Positions 1 to 10,445 of a stretch of 64,000 bases of DNA are shown here, piece after piece (position 1 is the stretch's first letter; every line of letters begins with the position of its first letter). Both the position numbers and the translations under genes were made by a program. Source of the stretch: Candidatus Bathyarchaeota archaeon (GTDB taxonomy: Archaea; Thermoproteota; Bathyarchaeia; 40CM-2-53-6); the NCBI GenBank assembly GCA_963833125.1, contig CAWHWX010000004.1, positions 64,001-128,000 of the forward strand, given 5' to 3'. The notes beneath the pieces were generated by a model. It saw only the letters and a list, made by a program, of their open reading frames with translations, did no database searches and was not told the DNA's origin.

Positions 1-314
1 AATATGTCACGAAAGTCCCAGCGTCATCTTTCTATCCGAAACCTAGAGTTGACTCCGCCTTAGTTACAATCCGGCCAGTCTCACCTGCCATACCTGTAAT
101 GGACCAGAAAATGTTCGAAGTTTTAGTTCGGGATTTGTTCACTCAGCGACGCCGGAAATTACGGGGGGTCCTTTCCAGATACTTAACCGCCAAATACCCT
201 ACGATTAAGGAGAGAGTTCTCTCTCAAGTGGAGTTTACTGAGAAAAGAGTGTACCAGCTTACCTCAACCGAATTCATTACCTTATCCAACATAATCTCAG
301 ACGCAGTCAAGTGA
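1..314 (+). CDS. rsmA: 16S rRNA adenine dimethyltransferase KsgA/Dim1, C-terminal part (starts before window)
   Basis: Frame from nt 3 reads ...VPASSFYPKPRVDSALV...LFTQRRRKL, the KsgA F-x-P-x-P-x-VDS and F-x-QRRK motifs. Confidence 0.85.
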   Translation, partial: YVTKVPASSFYPKPRVDSALVTIRPVSPAIPVMDQKMFEVLVRDLFTQRRRKLRGVLSRYLTAKYPTIKERVLSQVEFTEKRVYQLTSTEFITLSNIISDAVK

Positions 315-333
315 TAATGTGGAGTTGCTTTCG

Positions 334-1042
334 ATGAAGGTGCGGAGTTGTTTTAGTGGAGCCGGAGAGTGCGGGGAATATTGGCGCGGTCGCGCGTTCG
401 ATGAAGAACTTCAATCTCTCCGACTTGTACATAGTGAACCCGAAGACACCCCTAACAGTTGAAGCAAGGGCGTTCGCTATGCACGGCTATGATGTGCTCA
501 CCCGAGCGAAAAAAGTCAAGACTTTGAAACAGGGGCTTAGAAACTTAGACCTCGTAGTCGGAACAAGCGCGATAGCCGCGACTAGCACATCAAACCTTGC
601 CCGAATCCCCGTAACACCTTTCGAACTTGCTCAACGCGTTGGAGCCTTCAAGGGCAACGTGGGTATCCTCTTTGGCAGGGAAAGTTCTGGATTGAGTAAC
701 GAGGAGGTTGAGGTTTGCGATTTCATCGTAACGATACCTGCGAGCCGCAAATACAATGTTCTAAACATTGCTTCAGCAGCATCAATCATATTCTACGAAC
801 TCTTCCGCACACGGACCACCCGACATGGGCCAATATTGGCGGGTAAGGCGGTGAAAGAGAGATTGCTATTGGAGTTTGACCGGTTGGTGAATCGAAGTGA
901 GGTGCAGCAACACAAGCAGCCCCTAGCCCAGCGGGCCTTCCGTAGCATTATCTCGCGTTCTTTCATGACTGGACGTGAAGCGTCGCTTCTTCTCGGCGTG
1001 TTCAGAAGGGCTTCAACAAAGTTGACGGGTTCTGTTCGGTGA
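334..1042 (+). CDS. trmJ: TrmJ/SpoU family tRNA 2'-O-methyltransferase (apparent +1 indel near nt 346)
   Basis: EPESAGNIGAVARSMKNF, FGRESSGLSNEE and YNVLNIA motifs; ATG at 334 gives MKVR-VVLVEP if one base is removed. Confidence 0.85.
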
Positions 1043-1160
1043 CTCACGCGTTTATAGGCTTGTTCGATCGTGGCAATTTTCCGAACCGATGTTCTCTAGA
1101 GTTAATGTCATACAGCAAAAATACGAAGAGTAATTTTCATTCATCATAACGAATCAAAAT

Positions 1161-1802
1161 GTGCTGGGTACGATGACTCTAGATATTCTTCTACAAGGTA
1201 TGATTGCTGGTTACGGAATTGCGATCCCTGTAGGTCCGATAGGTATCCTGATCATCGAGTTTGGGATTCGTCGAGGGTTCAGGGCGGCTTTCAGTGCGGG
1301 CTTGGGAGCTGCGTCAGCTGATTTAGTCTACGCTACGGTGGCGGTTCTTGCGGGTACGTTTCTGGTTGCGATTCTCGCACCCATTTCCTCCATAATTCAC
1401 TATGTTAGCGGTTCGGTGTTGATTGCGATTGGATTGTGGATGCTCTATCAAGGAACGAGATCGAATGGATCTAATCTACGAAGCAGTATCGATCCTTCGG
1501 TTAGTTGTCTAAGTACATATGGTATGTTCTTTGGTCTGACACTCCTCAACCCGTTAACCGTCACGTATTTCACATCGTTAATCTTGGGATTACGAGCCAG
1601 TGCTATATTCTCAACGATGGACGTGATGATTTTCGTAGGTGCAACGTTCCTCGCCTCACTTTCCTGGCAGACGCTTCTGGCTTCCATTAGCGGATTAAGT
1701 CACAAACGTCTTTCAACAAAAGCTCAAGCGGCAACATTCACTCTTGGTAATTGTGTGGTTATTGCCTTGGGCGTATTGATTCTTCTTGGATTCAGAGTTT
1801 GA
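1161..1802 (+). CDS. LysE family translocator
   Basis: PVGPIGIL, GLGAASAD and LTLLNP motifs; about 6 TM segments. Confidence 0.85.
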   Translation: MLGTMTLDILLQGMIAGYGIAIPVGPIGILIIEFGIRRGFRAAFSAGLGAASADLVYATVAVLAGTFLVAILAPISSIIHYVSGSVLIAIGLWMLYQGTRSNGSNLRSSIDPSVSCLSTYGMFFGLTLLNPLTVTYFTSLILGLRASAIFSTMDVMIFVGATFLASLSWQTLLASISGLSHKRLSTKAQAATFTLGNCVVIALGVLILLGFRV

Positions 1803-1926
1803 GAAGTAGAAACGCGCCCTAACCCAACAACCACAGGTACGTGTCGTTGCCGAACAGTGCCGGTTGACGTAAACTTAAGTAACAGCCAACGCAACTCTCG
1901 CTAAACTCTCTGAGAGGATTAGGGCC

Positions 1927-2442
1927 ATGAAGGGTAGAAATTACCGACAGATAAAAGGGCAACCGTACACGAGGTTGAAGTACATTCATGGAACTCCCCC
2001 CTCAAAGATCTCAAGGTTCATGAGTGGCGATCTCAAGGCTAAATTCGAATACAAATTCTCGCTTATCGCACAATCGCCGGTCCAGATAAGACACAATGCA
2101 CTTGAGGCTGCACGTGTCTCCGCGAACAAGGTGCTCTTCGATGCGTTGGGAGAGACGGGTTACAAGATTCATCTGAGAGTTTATCCACACGTCATCTTGC
2201 GGGAGAACCGCATGATCGCAACCGCAGGCGCTGATAGGCTGCAGGAGGGTATGCGCAGGTCGTTCGGGAAGCCAAGCGGCCGAGCCGCAAGAGTCACGAC
2301 AGGCCAATCGATATTGGACATCTACGTTAACAGCAACGCCCTCGAAACCGCAAAACAAGCACTCAAAGTGGCAACCACCAAACTCTCAGTCGCATGCGTA
2401 ATCACACAAGAAACACTCGCCGTCCCAGTCCCGGCAGCATAG
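1927..2442 (+). CDS. rpl10e: 50S ribosomal protein L10e (uL16)
   Basis: QIRHNALEAARV and LRENRMIATAGADRLQEGMRRSFGKP. Confidence 0.97.
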   Translation: MKGRNYRQIKGQPYTRLKYIHGTPPSKISRFMSGDLKAKFEYKFSLIAQSPVQIRHNALEAARVSANKVLFDALGETGYKIHLRVYPHVILRENRMIATAGADRLQEGMRRSFGKPSGRAARVTTGQSILDIYVNSNALETAKQALKVATTKLSVACVITQETLAVPVPAA

Positions 2443-2845
2443 AATCAAGACCGTAGCACGCCAGGAATCGCCCGGGTCAGAGTGCGAGAGTCTAACCGCT
2501 AATATCAGACAAACGGCAATCGTTCAATTTTGAATACATGACCACCAAGCCCCCACACACTTTCTAACGACGAACGACGACGGTTCAATTTCAGCTGCCC
2601 GCACTGCTTGTGCCGACGACGACCGTCCGTCTTTAGGGGAGATATCCCCTGACAACCCCTCCTCCCACGCGCGACCGCCAAAAGCGCGTACGCACTGAGA
2701 TCTTACGCGTCCACTCTCTTTTCGATGAGACGCCATGTTCCTGCGCGTCAGTGCGGCATGAAGGCATGCATATAGAATTTCACTCAACGCACGCACTTCC
2801 ACTACTACGCGCGCCAGGTAGCCTATGCGTAAGTGCGGGTCAACT

Positions 2846-3820
2846 TCATCTGCGCGCACCATTGATACGTGCGCGTCGGTCTCTGGGTAGTTTCGCCAGC
2901 TGCGATTGGATTAATGAATTCTCCAAGTGAAGGCCGTATGCGACCAGGAAACCGTACGCAATGGCTGTAGCCTCCAAGAGGCTTAGAAGTCCAAAAAGAG
3001 AATCATCTGCCAACAAACTCACATTGATCACGCCGACAATTACTAATCCAACGGTAATGATGACAAAGACGGTCCACCACACCGCCCAGTGCTTGGGTTT
3101 TGGCACAATCTTCTTGCTCCACCTACACCTACAGATTCCAGACCATATGACAAAGAGAGCTGAACCAGAAATCAAAGTGAGGCGATGTAAGGTAGAGGAA
3201 GCATCAGCGATAAGATAATCCGTGACCATCAAGTACACAATGTAACCAGCTACTAGGCTTATGACCCATTTCAGATTCGAAGGTTGGATTCGCGGCAAAA
3301 AGTCTCCCGCGAGCATCGTGACAAGAAAGGCCAAAAGGTAAGCGAGGAAGCATGAGACTACGAATCCGCTAATCCCTATGTTGTGTGTGCCACTGAACGC
3401 TAGAAAGATGCGTGTGCTATTTTCTGCAGGGTACCTGACAGCGTTCCAATAGGATGTCAAATTGTCACTGGGTGTTGGCGGCCTGGCTTGAGTTAGAAGA
3501 AAATTGGCGAGATTTGCATAAAAGGCGAATCTAAGAAAAGCGTAAATTGCAACCAAGAACAGCAGCGATAACACTGCTCCGTAAACATATAATGAGAGTT
3601 TCCTATTTCCGTTCTTCATACTATTTTGGAAACCGGTTGCAAACGCAAAGGCAGCTGCTAAGGTTGCGAATATTAGGGCCGCATGAGCGAGCGCCTCCTG
3701 AACAACATAATTTAAGAGGTCTGTCTGTAAATCGAAAGCGATGATTCCGTACGATAAAGAAAACATTGTATTCTGGGATTCTAGTCGTTCTTGGGAATTT
3801 AATTCTAACCTGCCTACCAA
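2846..3820 (-). CDS. hypothetical polytopic membrane protein
   Basis: 324 aa ORF with many hydrophobic segments, no recognised motif. Confidence 0.55.
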   Translation of the reverse strand: MVGRLELNSQERLESQNTMFSLSYGIIAFDLQTDLLNYVVQEALAHAALIFATLAAAFAFATGFQNSMKNGNRKLSLYVYGAVLSLLFLVAIYAFLRFAFYANLANFLLTQARPPTPSDNLTSYWNAVRYPAENSTRIFLAFSGTHNIGISGFVVSCFLAYLLAFLVTMLAGDFLPRIQPSNLKWVISLVAGYIVYLMVTDYLIADASSTLHRLTLISGSALFVIWSGICRCRWSKKIVPKPKHWAVWWTVFVIITVGLVIVGVINVSLLADDSLFGLLSLLEATAIAYGFLVAYGLHLENSLIQSQLAKLPRDRRARINGARR

Positions 3821-3990
3821 TCAAAGCTCTTGCAAACGAGTAAGCTATGTCTGTGCGGACCACTAGACCCGAGGACGAGACCAATTTGTGTCTAAACAGG
3901 CAGTTCTTAACCAATCAGAGAACTTGGCCGCCTAGTGATTCATAAATTCTGCAAATCGAATCGAGCACGTGGGGCTTTGATCTTTTTAAC

Positions 3991-4284
3991 CTAACTGAAC
4001 GCTTTAGCTGCCTCTGAAGGTGTCCAGGCCTTCAGCGTTGTAGTGCGGATGTTACCAAGGCTACCCACGCTCAGTGCAATCTTCATCAAAGCCTCATCGC
4101 TCGGCGCTTCGACTAGCGTGGCTCCATCATACTTGCCCAGAGTATACCAGAACTGAACTACTTTCCCGCCGTTCTTCTCCACGAGTTGCTTGAACGCTTC
4201 AACTCGTTTCGGTGAATCCCTGAAATTGCGTATGCCCTCCTCAGTCCAATTCCAGAGTACTAGATAGCTCGCCATGGTAACCAT
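3991..4284 (-). CDS. GYD domain-containing protein
   Basis: WTEEGIRN...YTLGKYD...SLGNIRTTTLKA, typical GYD family. Confidence 0.85.
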   Translation of the reverse strand: MVTMASYLVLWNWTEEGIRNFRDSPKRVEAFKQLVEKNGGKVVQFWYTLGKYDGATLVEAPSDEALMKIALSVGSLGNIRTTTLKAWTPSEAAKAFS

Positions 4285-4485
4285 TTTTTCTGGTCCTGAT
4301 ATAAGAGCTTGTCCGGTTGATTCAATTCCGCTTAGCTACTGTGATTTGGCATAGTTAGGCGTCGAACACGAAACGATTAGATTGGACTTAACTAATCAAC
4401 CTCAACTCTTTGCGTTGTGTGTCCGCGCCACGAAACCTACACAGGTAGAAAGAAGGGGGGCTGCGAGGTTACTCGAAGCGTTAAC

Positions 4486-4776
4486 CTACTTGGCTTTTTG
4501 AAGGCCTCTCTTAACGTCATCGAGGGTCATCGCAGGATGGAATTCAACTTTCGCGTTGACACCTTGGAAGAGCGGTTCAGCTAGAACAGGGATCATGTCG
4601 GCGCTTGCAACGTCCGCTACGAATAACACTGTTCTCTCTCCGCCTTCTTCGTAGAAATAAACGACTTCAGGCTTCACTTTAGCGAAGTAATTCTCTAAAA
4701 TCTTGAATCCGTTCGGATCCTGAATCATTCTATTTCCCGCTTCTGTCGGAATCTTTGCGCGAATCACGAATCTTAT
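4486..4776 (-). CDS. small conserved alpha/beta protein (GYD/DUF3303-like)
   Basis: RFVIRAKIPTEAGN...KPEVVYF...GERT...AEPLF...VEFHPAMTLDD; SD GAGGTGA 6 nt before ATA at 4776 (GTG at 4767 is the alternative start). Confidence 0.65.
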   Translation of the reverse strand: MRFVIRAKIPTEAGNRMIQDPNGFKILENYFAKVKPEVVYFYEEGGERTVLFVADVASADMIPVLAEPLFQGVNAKVEFHPAMTLDDVKRGLQKAK

Positions 4777-4889
4777 CGTCTTTCACCTCATGCAAAACCT
4801 CCGACCATTCCGCTAAATAGCCTTCCTACTCGCCTCCACACCTATTCGTTTGTAGCGCACCATCAACCCCAACACTAACTAGCTGCTTT

Positions 4890-5309
4890 TCATTTCTCAG
4901 TTTGCACGGGTTGTTTAAGGTCGAACTCATTGCCATCTGGGTCGAGAAATTCGCAGAGCCACTCTCCCCAATCCATTTCTTTTGGCGAATTCGTGAAACG
5001 TACGCCCTTCGCCCTCAACGTCACATATTCAACTAGGATATTGTCCGTGAGGAAAGTGATTCCGGTAGGGCCGGGTTCGACTCTATGCTCCTCCAATTCA
5101 CAAAGGTGAATCCTAGTCATCGGCCTTCCTAATCCAAGCTCGACCCAGTGACCCGGATTATCAAGTGATCCCTGTACGCTGGCATTCGAATTAGGTACAG
5201 CCGGTCCGATGTATGCGACAGGTAGACCTAGTACGTCTTTGAACCATTGCAGGGCCTTCCTTCGGTCAGACACAACCACTGCCACAGTGTCAATACCAAC
5301 AATTGTCAA
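4890..5309 (-). CDS. VOC (glyoxalase/bleomycin resistance) family protein
   Basis: IDTVAVVVSDRRKALQWFKDVLGL...FLDPDGNEF; likely TTG start at 5309. Confidence 0.85.
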   Translation of the reverse strand: MTIVGIDTVAVVVSDRRKALQWFKDVLGLPVAYIGPAVPNSNASVQGSLDNPGHWVELGLGRPMTRIHLCELEEHRVEPGPTGITFLTDNILVEYVTLRAKGVRFTNSPKEMDWGEWLCEFLDPDGNEFDLKQPVQTEK

Positions 5310-5424
5310 TGATGGCTTACCACTTGTCTTTACAGAATAGGTAATCTTGAGTGTATGTACTGCTGGTACACACACATTTACGAAAAGACTTGAACTGGTT
5401 CCTGTAGTAAGGAATCAGCTGATT

Positions 5425-5706
5425 CTACTGATTCTTCTTCGTCTGCTTCGCTTCAGGAGCGGTCGTCTCGTTCCTTGCTTCCTTGATCTTCATGGTAATG
5501 CTCTCTCTCGTCAATCCCGCCGACATGGCGCTCCTGACGATTCCCTTCCTCAACTCTTTACAAGCATCTCTTAGCGCCAGATAGCGCAGTGAGTTGTCTC
5601 CGTTACCATTCTTGATATCCTTGAAGAGGACATCACATTCGTTTTCCTGCTCAACCAACTGATGGATTCTGCTGTCGAATTCAACGTCCGTCGTCATGAA
5701 AATCAC
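5425..5706 (-). CDS. hypothetical protein
   Basis: 93 aa charged helical ORF with a TATA-like element upstream. Confidence 0.5.
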   Translation of the reverse strand: MIFMTTDVEFDSRIHQLVEQENECDVLFKDIKNGNGDNSLRYLALRDACKELRKGIVRSAMSAGLTRESITMKIKEARNETTAPEAKQTKKNQ

Positions 5707-5940
5707 AATCGCGTTGGGCTGCGGGTATAAATTACTTAGTCCAAAAGTAATAGAATAAACGAATGATTTTTTCTTTCAAGTTGCCGTAAACTTTACAGCG
5801 CATTGCTCCGAAATACAGTTTGTTCAAGCGTGTGGTCAGGTAAAGCGTAAAGCGCACATGTCGAAACCAACGCATACACGAAGAGAAGAGCTAGTGCTGC
5901 ACTCTGGTTATAGATGCAGGGGTGGTTCGGACCTTATGGG

Positions 5941-6357
5941 TTATTGGCTTGTTTCGAAGAGTCCCACTGGATTGCCTTCCGGGTCCAGCCCGACCGCAAA
6001 GGCTCCCATTTCGGGAATCGGTGTCTTCGGGACAATGATCTTACCGCCTAGGCTTTGGAGCTTCTTGCTAAAGTCATCCACGGACTCGACCATCACATAG
6101 TTCAATGGGCGCTGGTTCGGGTCCATTCTCTTCATCATGCCGCCATTCGTACCCGGCCTTTTCATTGCTTCTGCCTCGTTTTGGGCGGTTCCGGGTCGGG
6201 TTTCAATCATCCAGTAATCACCCATTTCTCCCATTGACATCTTATCCATCTTCCAGCCAAAGAGATTCTTGTAGAACTCCGATAGTTTCTCGGGGTTGTT
6301 TGCAGGAATTTCGAAATGAACTACGGTGTGATCCAAAACTTTCGCCAAACCTCTCAA
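5941..6357 (-). CDS. VOC family protein
   Basis: VVHFEIPA...FYKNLFGW...NGGMMKR...GLDPEGNPVGL. Confidence 0.9.
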   Translation of the reverse strand: MRGLAKVLDHTVVHFEIPANNPEKLSEFYKNLFGWKMDKMSMGEMGDYWMIETRPGTAQNEAEAMKRPGTNGGMMKRMDPNQRPLNYVMVESVDDFSKKLQSLGGKIIVPKTPIPEMGAFAVGLDPEGNPVGLFETSQ

Positions 6358-6400
6358 TTGAGGCTCGCCATATTAAGATTAACGGGACCTTTTGGAAAAA

Positions 6401-6430
6401 GTACCATAGAGTACCATTCCGTACCATTCA
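6401..6430. repeat. three GTACCAT direct repeats at exact 10-bp period
   Basis: GTACCATAGA GTACCATTCC GTACCATTCA, intergenic. Confidence 0.7.
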
Positions 6431-6520
6431 ACTCGTGAACGCGCGCACGAGAACCCTTCACGCATCAACCAGTGTGTGAAATATTGTGGTTTCCCACCCA
6501 CCATATTCGTTCACTAGGGA

Positions 6521-7072
6521 TCAGAATCTGGGGATTCTTGGATACATGTGTTTTAGAATTCCGCGTTTGAATGGGTGAACCTTGCTGGCTAGGAGCTCGG
6601 TTAGAAGGTAGTAGCTTGTTTCGAATTCGGCTGGGGAGTTGTTTCTGAATTTCAACAGGTGTACTTGTCCTACCGGGGTCTCCCAGACCTTATCCCAAGC
6701 CTCGGTAGCTCCCGCGATTCCACGCTCACGGTTTCGACTCGCTAACACGTTTTTCTCCACAACCATCACGACCAACAATTTTGTGACACCCGGAACCTTA
6801 GTGCTGAGGAGGATATGGCGTGTTGAATTTAGGGGAGCGGTGGAGTCGATTATCACACTCCGTCGGCGTCTAAGTATTGAGTCTCGTAGAGTTGTTATTG
6901 TGTTGTAAACAAATTCTTCGTCTCTGGGTGGTTGGCCGGCTCCGAAGTACATGCTCCTCAACTCGTCCACGTTGAGCCGCACAAATTCATGGTTTTCAGA
7001 AATAAGCCGCTGGGCTAATACCGTCTTCCCCGACCCCGGGTATCCACTGAGCACAAGATTCCAACGGGGCAT
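6521..7072 (-). CDS. P-loop kinase (AAA_33/polynucleotide-kinase-like)
   Basis: Walker A GYPGSGKT, RLNVDELR and VIIDST motifs. Confidence 0.8.
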   Translation of the reverse strand: MPRWNLVLSGYPGSGKTVLAQRLISENHEFVRLNVDELRSMYFGAGQPPRDEEFVYNTITTLRDSILRRRRSVIIDSTAPLNSTRHILLSTKVPGVTKLLVVMVVEKNVLASRNRERGIAGATEAWDKVWETPVGQVHLLKFRNNSPAEFETSYYLLTELLASKVHPFKRGILKHMYPRIPRF

Positions 7073-7266
7073 TGCTTCTCAGAGAAGTCTTTATTGTCCC
7101 GGAAAATAACTTATAGTAAGTGAGTGCGTCGGCAAAAAGTGGGTACGCGTGCCCATCATAGCCACGCGCACAATGGTCCTGCCTAGAATCTCACCAGGGC
7201 TGGAACTGTCGTCGCGGCCAGCGACCGTCTTAAGTATGGTCAAAACGAGTTGTACTCGACAGGCTG

Positions 7267-8232
7267 ATGAAACTAGACCAAGAAGTTTTGAATTGGCTGC
7301 TGGAACCTAATCAACCAGCCGTCCGATACTATACACTCCTAGACTTACTAGACTATTCGAAAGACAATCATGAAGTTCTAAAGACCTATTCCAATATTCC
7401 GAGACTTGGCTGGGCGCATCAAATCCTCAAGGTGCAGAAGCCTGGCGGGTTCTGGGAATCGAGGAAGGATCTCTACACGCCTAAGTACAGAGCGACAAAC
7501 TGGATGGCACTCATTCTCTCCGATCTAGGGTTAACAAATGAAAATAAGCAAGTAAGAAAGGCTGCCGATCTCTTCTTCAAGCAATGGCTTCCGATACCAT
7601 CAGCGACGAACATATTCAACGATGAAGTATGCATCGTTGGCAATACGGCTCGGATGTTAACTCGTTTTGGATATGAAGATGATCACCGGGTCAGAAAACT
7701 GTTTGACCGGCTAATTGAGGACCAAAAAGTAGACGGAGGATGGCACTGTTTTGAATCATCCAAAGGAACTCTGGACTGCTGGGAGGCCCTTGCCGCCTTC
7801 GCGGCTTTGCCTAGGAGAAAGTGGACGCGGCGAATCAAACGTTCCGTTGAGAAGGGAGCAGAATTCTACTTGGAACGGAAACTGTTCAAGCAGGGACATC
7901 GACGCTACTTGCCGTGGCTCAGATTCCACTACCCCGTCCACTATTATTACGACCTTCTCGTAGGGCTAGACGTCATAACCAGTCTTGGATACGGAGACGA
8001 CACACGCCTGAAAACGGCCCTACAAATCCTGCAAAGCAAACGCAGGCCTGACGGGACATGGGCTCTCGATGCCATACACCCTGATCTAGGCGCAGGGGCA
8101 GGTTATCGGTTCAGAAAACGACCCAAACGATTTGCGTTAGAGCGAGAAGGGCGACCGAGCAAATGGATCACCCTAACCGCTCTCAGCGTTCTGAAGAAAA
8201 CCGAGAGAATGCTAGATAGCGCAACTCTATGA
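7267..8232 (+). CDS. prenyltransferase/squalene-cyclase-repeat (alpha/alpha toroid) protein
   Basis: WLLEPNQPAVRY, QKPGGFW, QKVDGGWHC, YYYDLL and PSKWITL motifs. Confidence 0.7.
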   Translation: MKLDQEVLNWLLEPNQPAVRYYTLLDLLDYSKDNHEVLKTYSNIPRLGWAHQILKVQKPGGFWESRKDLYTPKYRATNWMALILSDLGLTNENKQVRKAADLFFKQWLPIPSATNIFNDEVCIVGNTARMLTRFGYEDDHRVRKLFDRLIEDQKVDGGWHCFESSKGTLDCWEALAAFAALPRRKWTRRIKRSVEKGAEFYLERKLFKQGHRRYLPWLRFHYPVHYYYDLLVGLDVITSLGYGDDTRLKTALQILQSKRRPDGTWALDAIHPDLGAGAGYRFRKRPKRFALEREGRPSKWITLTALSVLKKTERMLDSATL

Positions 8233-8640
8233 GATTTCGAACTCGTTCCCGTCAGGATCCCTTAAGATTGCGTACCTGCCCCAGCTTGTGGTAGTTAGTT
8301 CTTCCGCGAATTCTACTCCATTTTTCTTGAGCTCGAAATACGTCTTCTCGACATTGTCAGGATTGCTGGCCGGTACGAGCCGACCAGTTCTTTCGTCTTT
8401 GCGCGTGGTGCTCTCTCCGCACTGGAGCCAAATTCCGGTACGTCCTCCAGGCTGATCCTTCTCCCAATCATCGCATTTTCCGCAAAGGTGTAGAAGAGGG
8501 GCTTGAGAACCCTTAGGCTTCACAAAGACGGGATGCCCTTCAACCGCAACAATTTCGAAACCCAATTTGTCACGATACCATTCTGCTGACTTCTTTGCAT
8601 CGTGAGCGAGAATAGAAACGGAACCAACTCCAGTAATCAT
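8227..8640 (-). CDS. VOC family protein
   Basis: WYRDKLGF...WGRYAILRDPDGNEF. Confidence 0.88.
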   Translation of the reverse strand: MITGVGSVSILAHDAKKSAEWYRDKLGFEIVAVEGHPVFVKPKGSQAPLLHLCGKCDDWEKDQPGGRTGIWLQCGESTTRKDERTGRLVPASNPDNVEKTYFELKKNGVEFAEELTTTSWGRYAILRDPDGNEFEIS

Positions 8641-8673
8641 AATTGTCCCGTCATCTCGATCTCCGTAATAAGA

Positions 8674-9166
8674 TCAATTTCGAGGGTTGTTCCAGAACCA
8701 TTGCATCTTAGGCGGTTCAATGTTCTCCTGCCATAGAAGGGCGATAAGCTCGCCGAGGTGGTAGAGTTGTTCAGTAAATGATTGGAAGAGACACTCTTCG
8801 ATGGAAAGGTTGAACGTGACTCCTGAGGAGAGGACGAAGTCAACTCGTCTACTGAATTCTTGTTCGTTAGTGGTTTTCAGGAAGGCTGTGGGTTTTCCCT
8901 TCGACCTCGTCGAGATGCTGAAGGACCTGTGTCATGTCCGTATATTCTTCTGATTTCTTGCGCACGTATTCTCGCGACTTTCCATGGATCACCCAGTTGA
9001 CTATCCAATCCTCGTTATCGATCATATGGACAAGAATGTTCTTCATCGTGTAGAAGCTTGCTTCCCTGTTCTTGACGACAACATCAACGGGCAGTTCAGA
9101 GAGCTTCTCAGCGAAATTTCTTCTCACGCGGGCTGAATATGAATACAATTCAGTTATGGTGAACAA
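8674..9166 (-). CDS. DinB family protein (indel near 8893)
   Basis: N-part has KNILVHMIDNEDW; the shifted frame continues ...EECLFQSFTEQLYHLGELIALLWQENIEPP, stop at 8674. Confidence 0.8.
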
Positions 9167-9276
9167 ACGGAATCACACGGGACAAGCGCCTAATTCGCGC
9201 CGCAGCTAGAAAAGGGATAGTTTGATCGCAAGATTCGGAGTCAAACTACTTATTTCGTCACGCCCAATAACCGGCC

Positions 9277-10384
9277 ATGTCAAGTATCAATCCGAGCGAG
9301 GTCGAACTGCAACTGGAAGCTCCGAGACAAGAGAGGTTGCACACGGACTCACAGATGTGGGCAGCTGTCCTAGCCAGAGACAACCGCTGCGATGGTAGTT
9401 TCGTCTTCGCCGTGCGATCAACGGGGATCTACTGCAAACCGTCATGCCCAGCCAAACGCCCCAGAAGGGATAAGGTGGTATTCTTCTCTGCCCCGGCAGA
9501 AGCTGAGGAATCTGGGTTCCGCCCGTGTCGCCGATGCCATCCAAGGGATATCGGAACATTACGCGGGAATTGGGGCGGTTGATGGTGTGTGCAAGTACAT
9601 CGAAGCCAACCTCGACCACAAACTCACGCTCTCAGATCTCAGCGCCCACGCAGGGATCAGCCCGTATCACCTACAACGAACGTTCAAACAAGCTGTTGGA
9701 CTCTCTCCTCGCGAGTACATCCAAACCCGGCGGCTAGCGAAGATGAAACTGTTGTTGAAAAAAGGGCATACGGTAACGAAAGCACTCTACGGGGCCGGGT
9801 TCAGTTCGAGGAGTAGATTCTACGGTAGTTCTAATCAATTTGGAATGAGTGCCGGCGCGTTTCGCCGGGGAGGCGAAGGTTTGAGGGTCAGTTACTCAGT
9901 CGTGAACTGTCCATTGGGACGCCTGCTGGTTGCAGCAACGGAGAGGGGATTGTGCGCTGTATTCATGGGAGACAATGACACTATAGTCGAATCCGCACTG
10001 TCCAAAGAATATCCACGCGCAGACCTCTATCGCACTAACACTGGTCTTCAGAAATGGATCACTGCAATCATGAACTATTTCGACGGCCGGGAAGTTAACC
10101 TCAACCTACCTCTGGACATCGAAGCAAGCACCTTCCAACGCAGAGTCTGGAAGGAAATTCAATCGATTCCTTACGGTAGCACTAGCACCTACAGCCAGAT
10201 CGCATCTGAATTGGGCGAGCCCAATGCCGCCAGGGCAGTAGCGAAGGCCTGTGCAACGAACCCCGTGTCACTCATCATACCATGCCACAGAGTTGTTGGA
10301 AAGAATGGCGATTTGCGAGGTTACCGTTGGGGCGAAAAGAGAAAGAAAGAACTACTAACTCTTGAAAGCGCCAACCAATCTTAG
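9277..10384 (+). CDS. ada: bifunctional Ada: Zn-binding methylphosphotriester domain + AraC HTH + O6-methylguanine methyltransferase (indel near 9560-9580)
   Basis: TGIYCKPSC...GFRPCRRC in the first frame; SPYHLQRTFK HTH and IIPCHRV active site in the second. Confidence 0.9.
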
Positions 10385-10445
10385 TCTTCACGGCTCTTAG
10401 TTTGGTAACCGAAACGAATCTTGAATCGTAGGTGGCGACTCCACA

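Noticed and set aside
2524-2862. 112-aa minus-strand ORF and a short CPHC-containing plus-strand frame
   Set aside because: No recognisable family or clear start; cannot be supported
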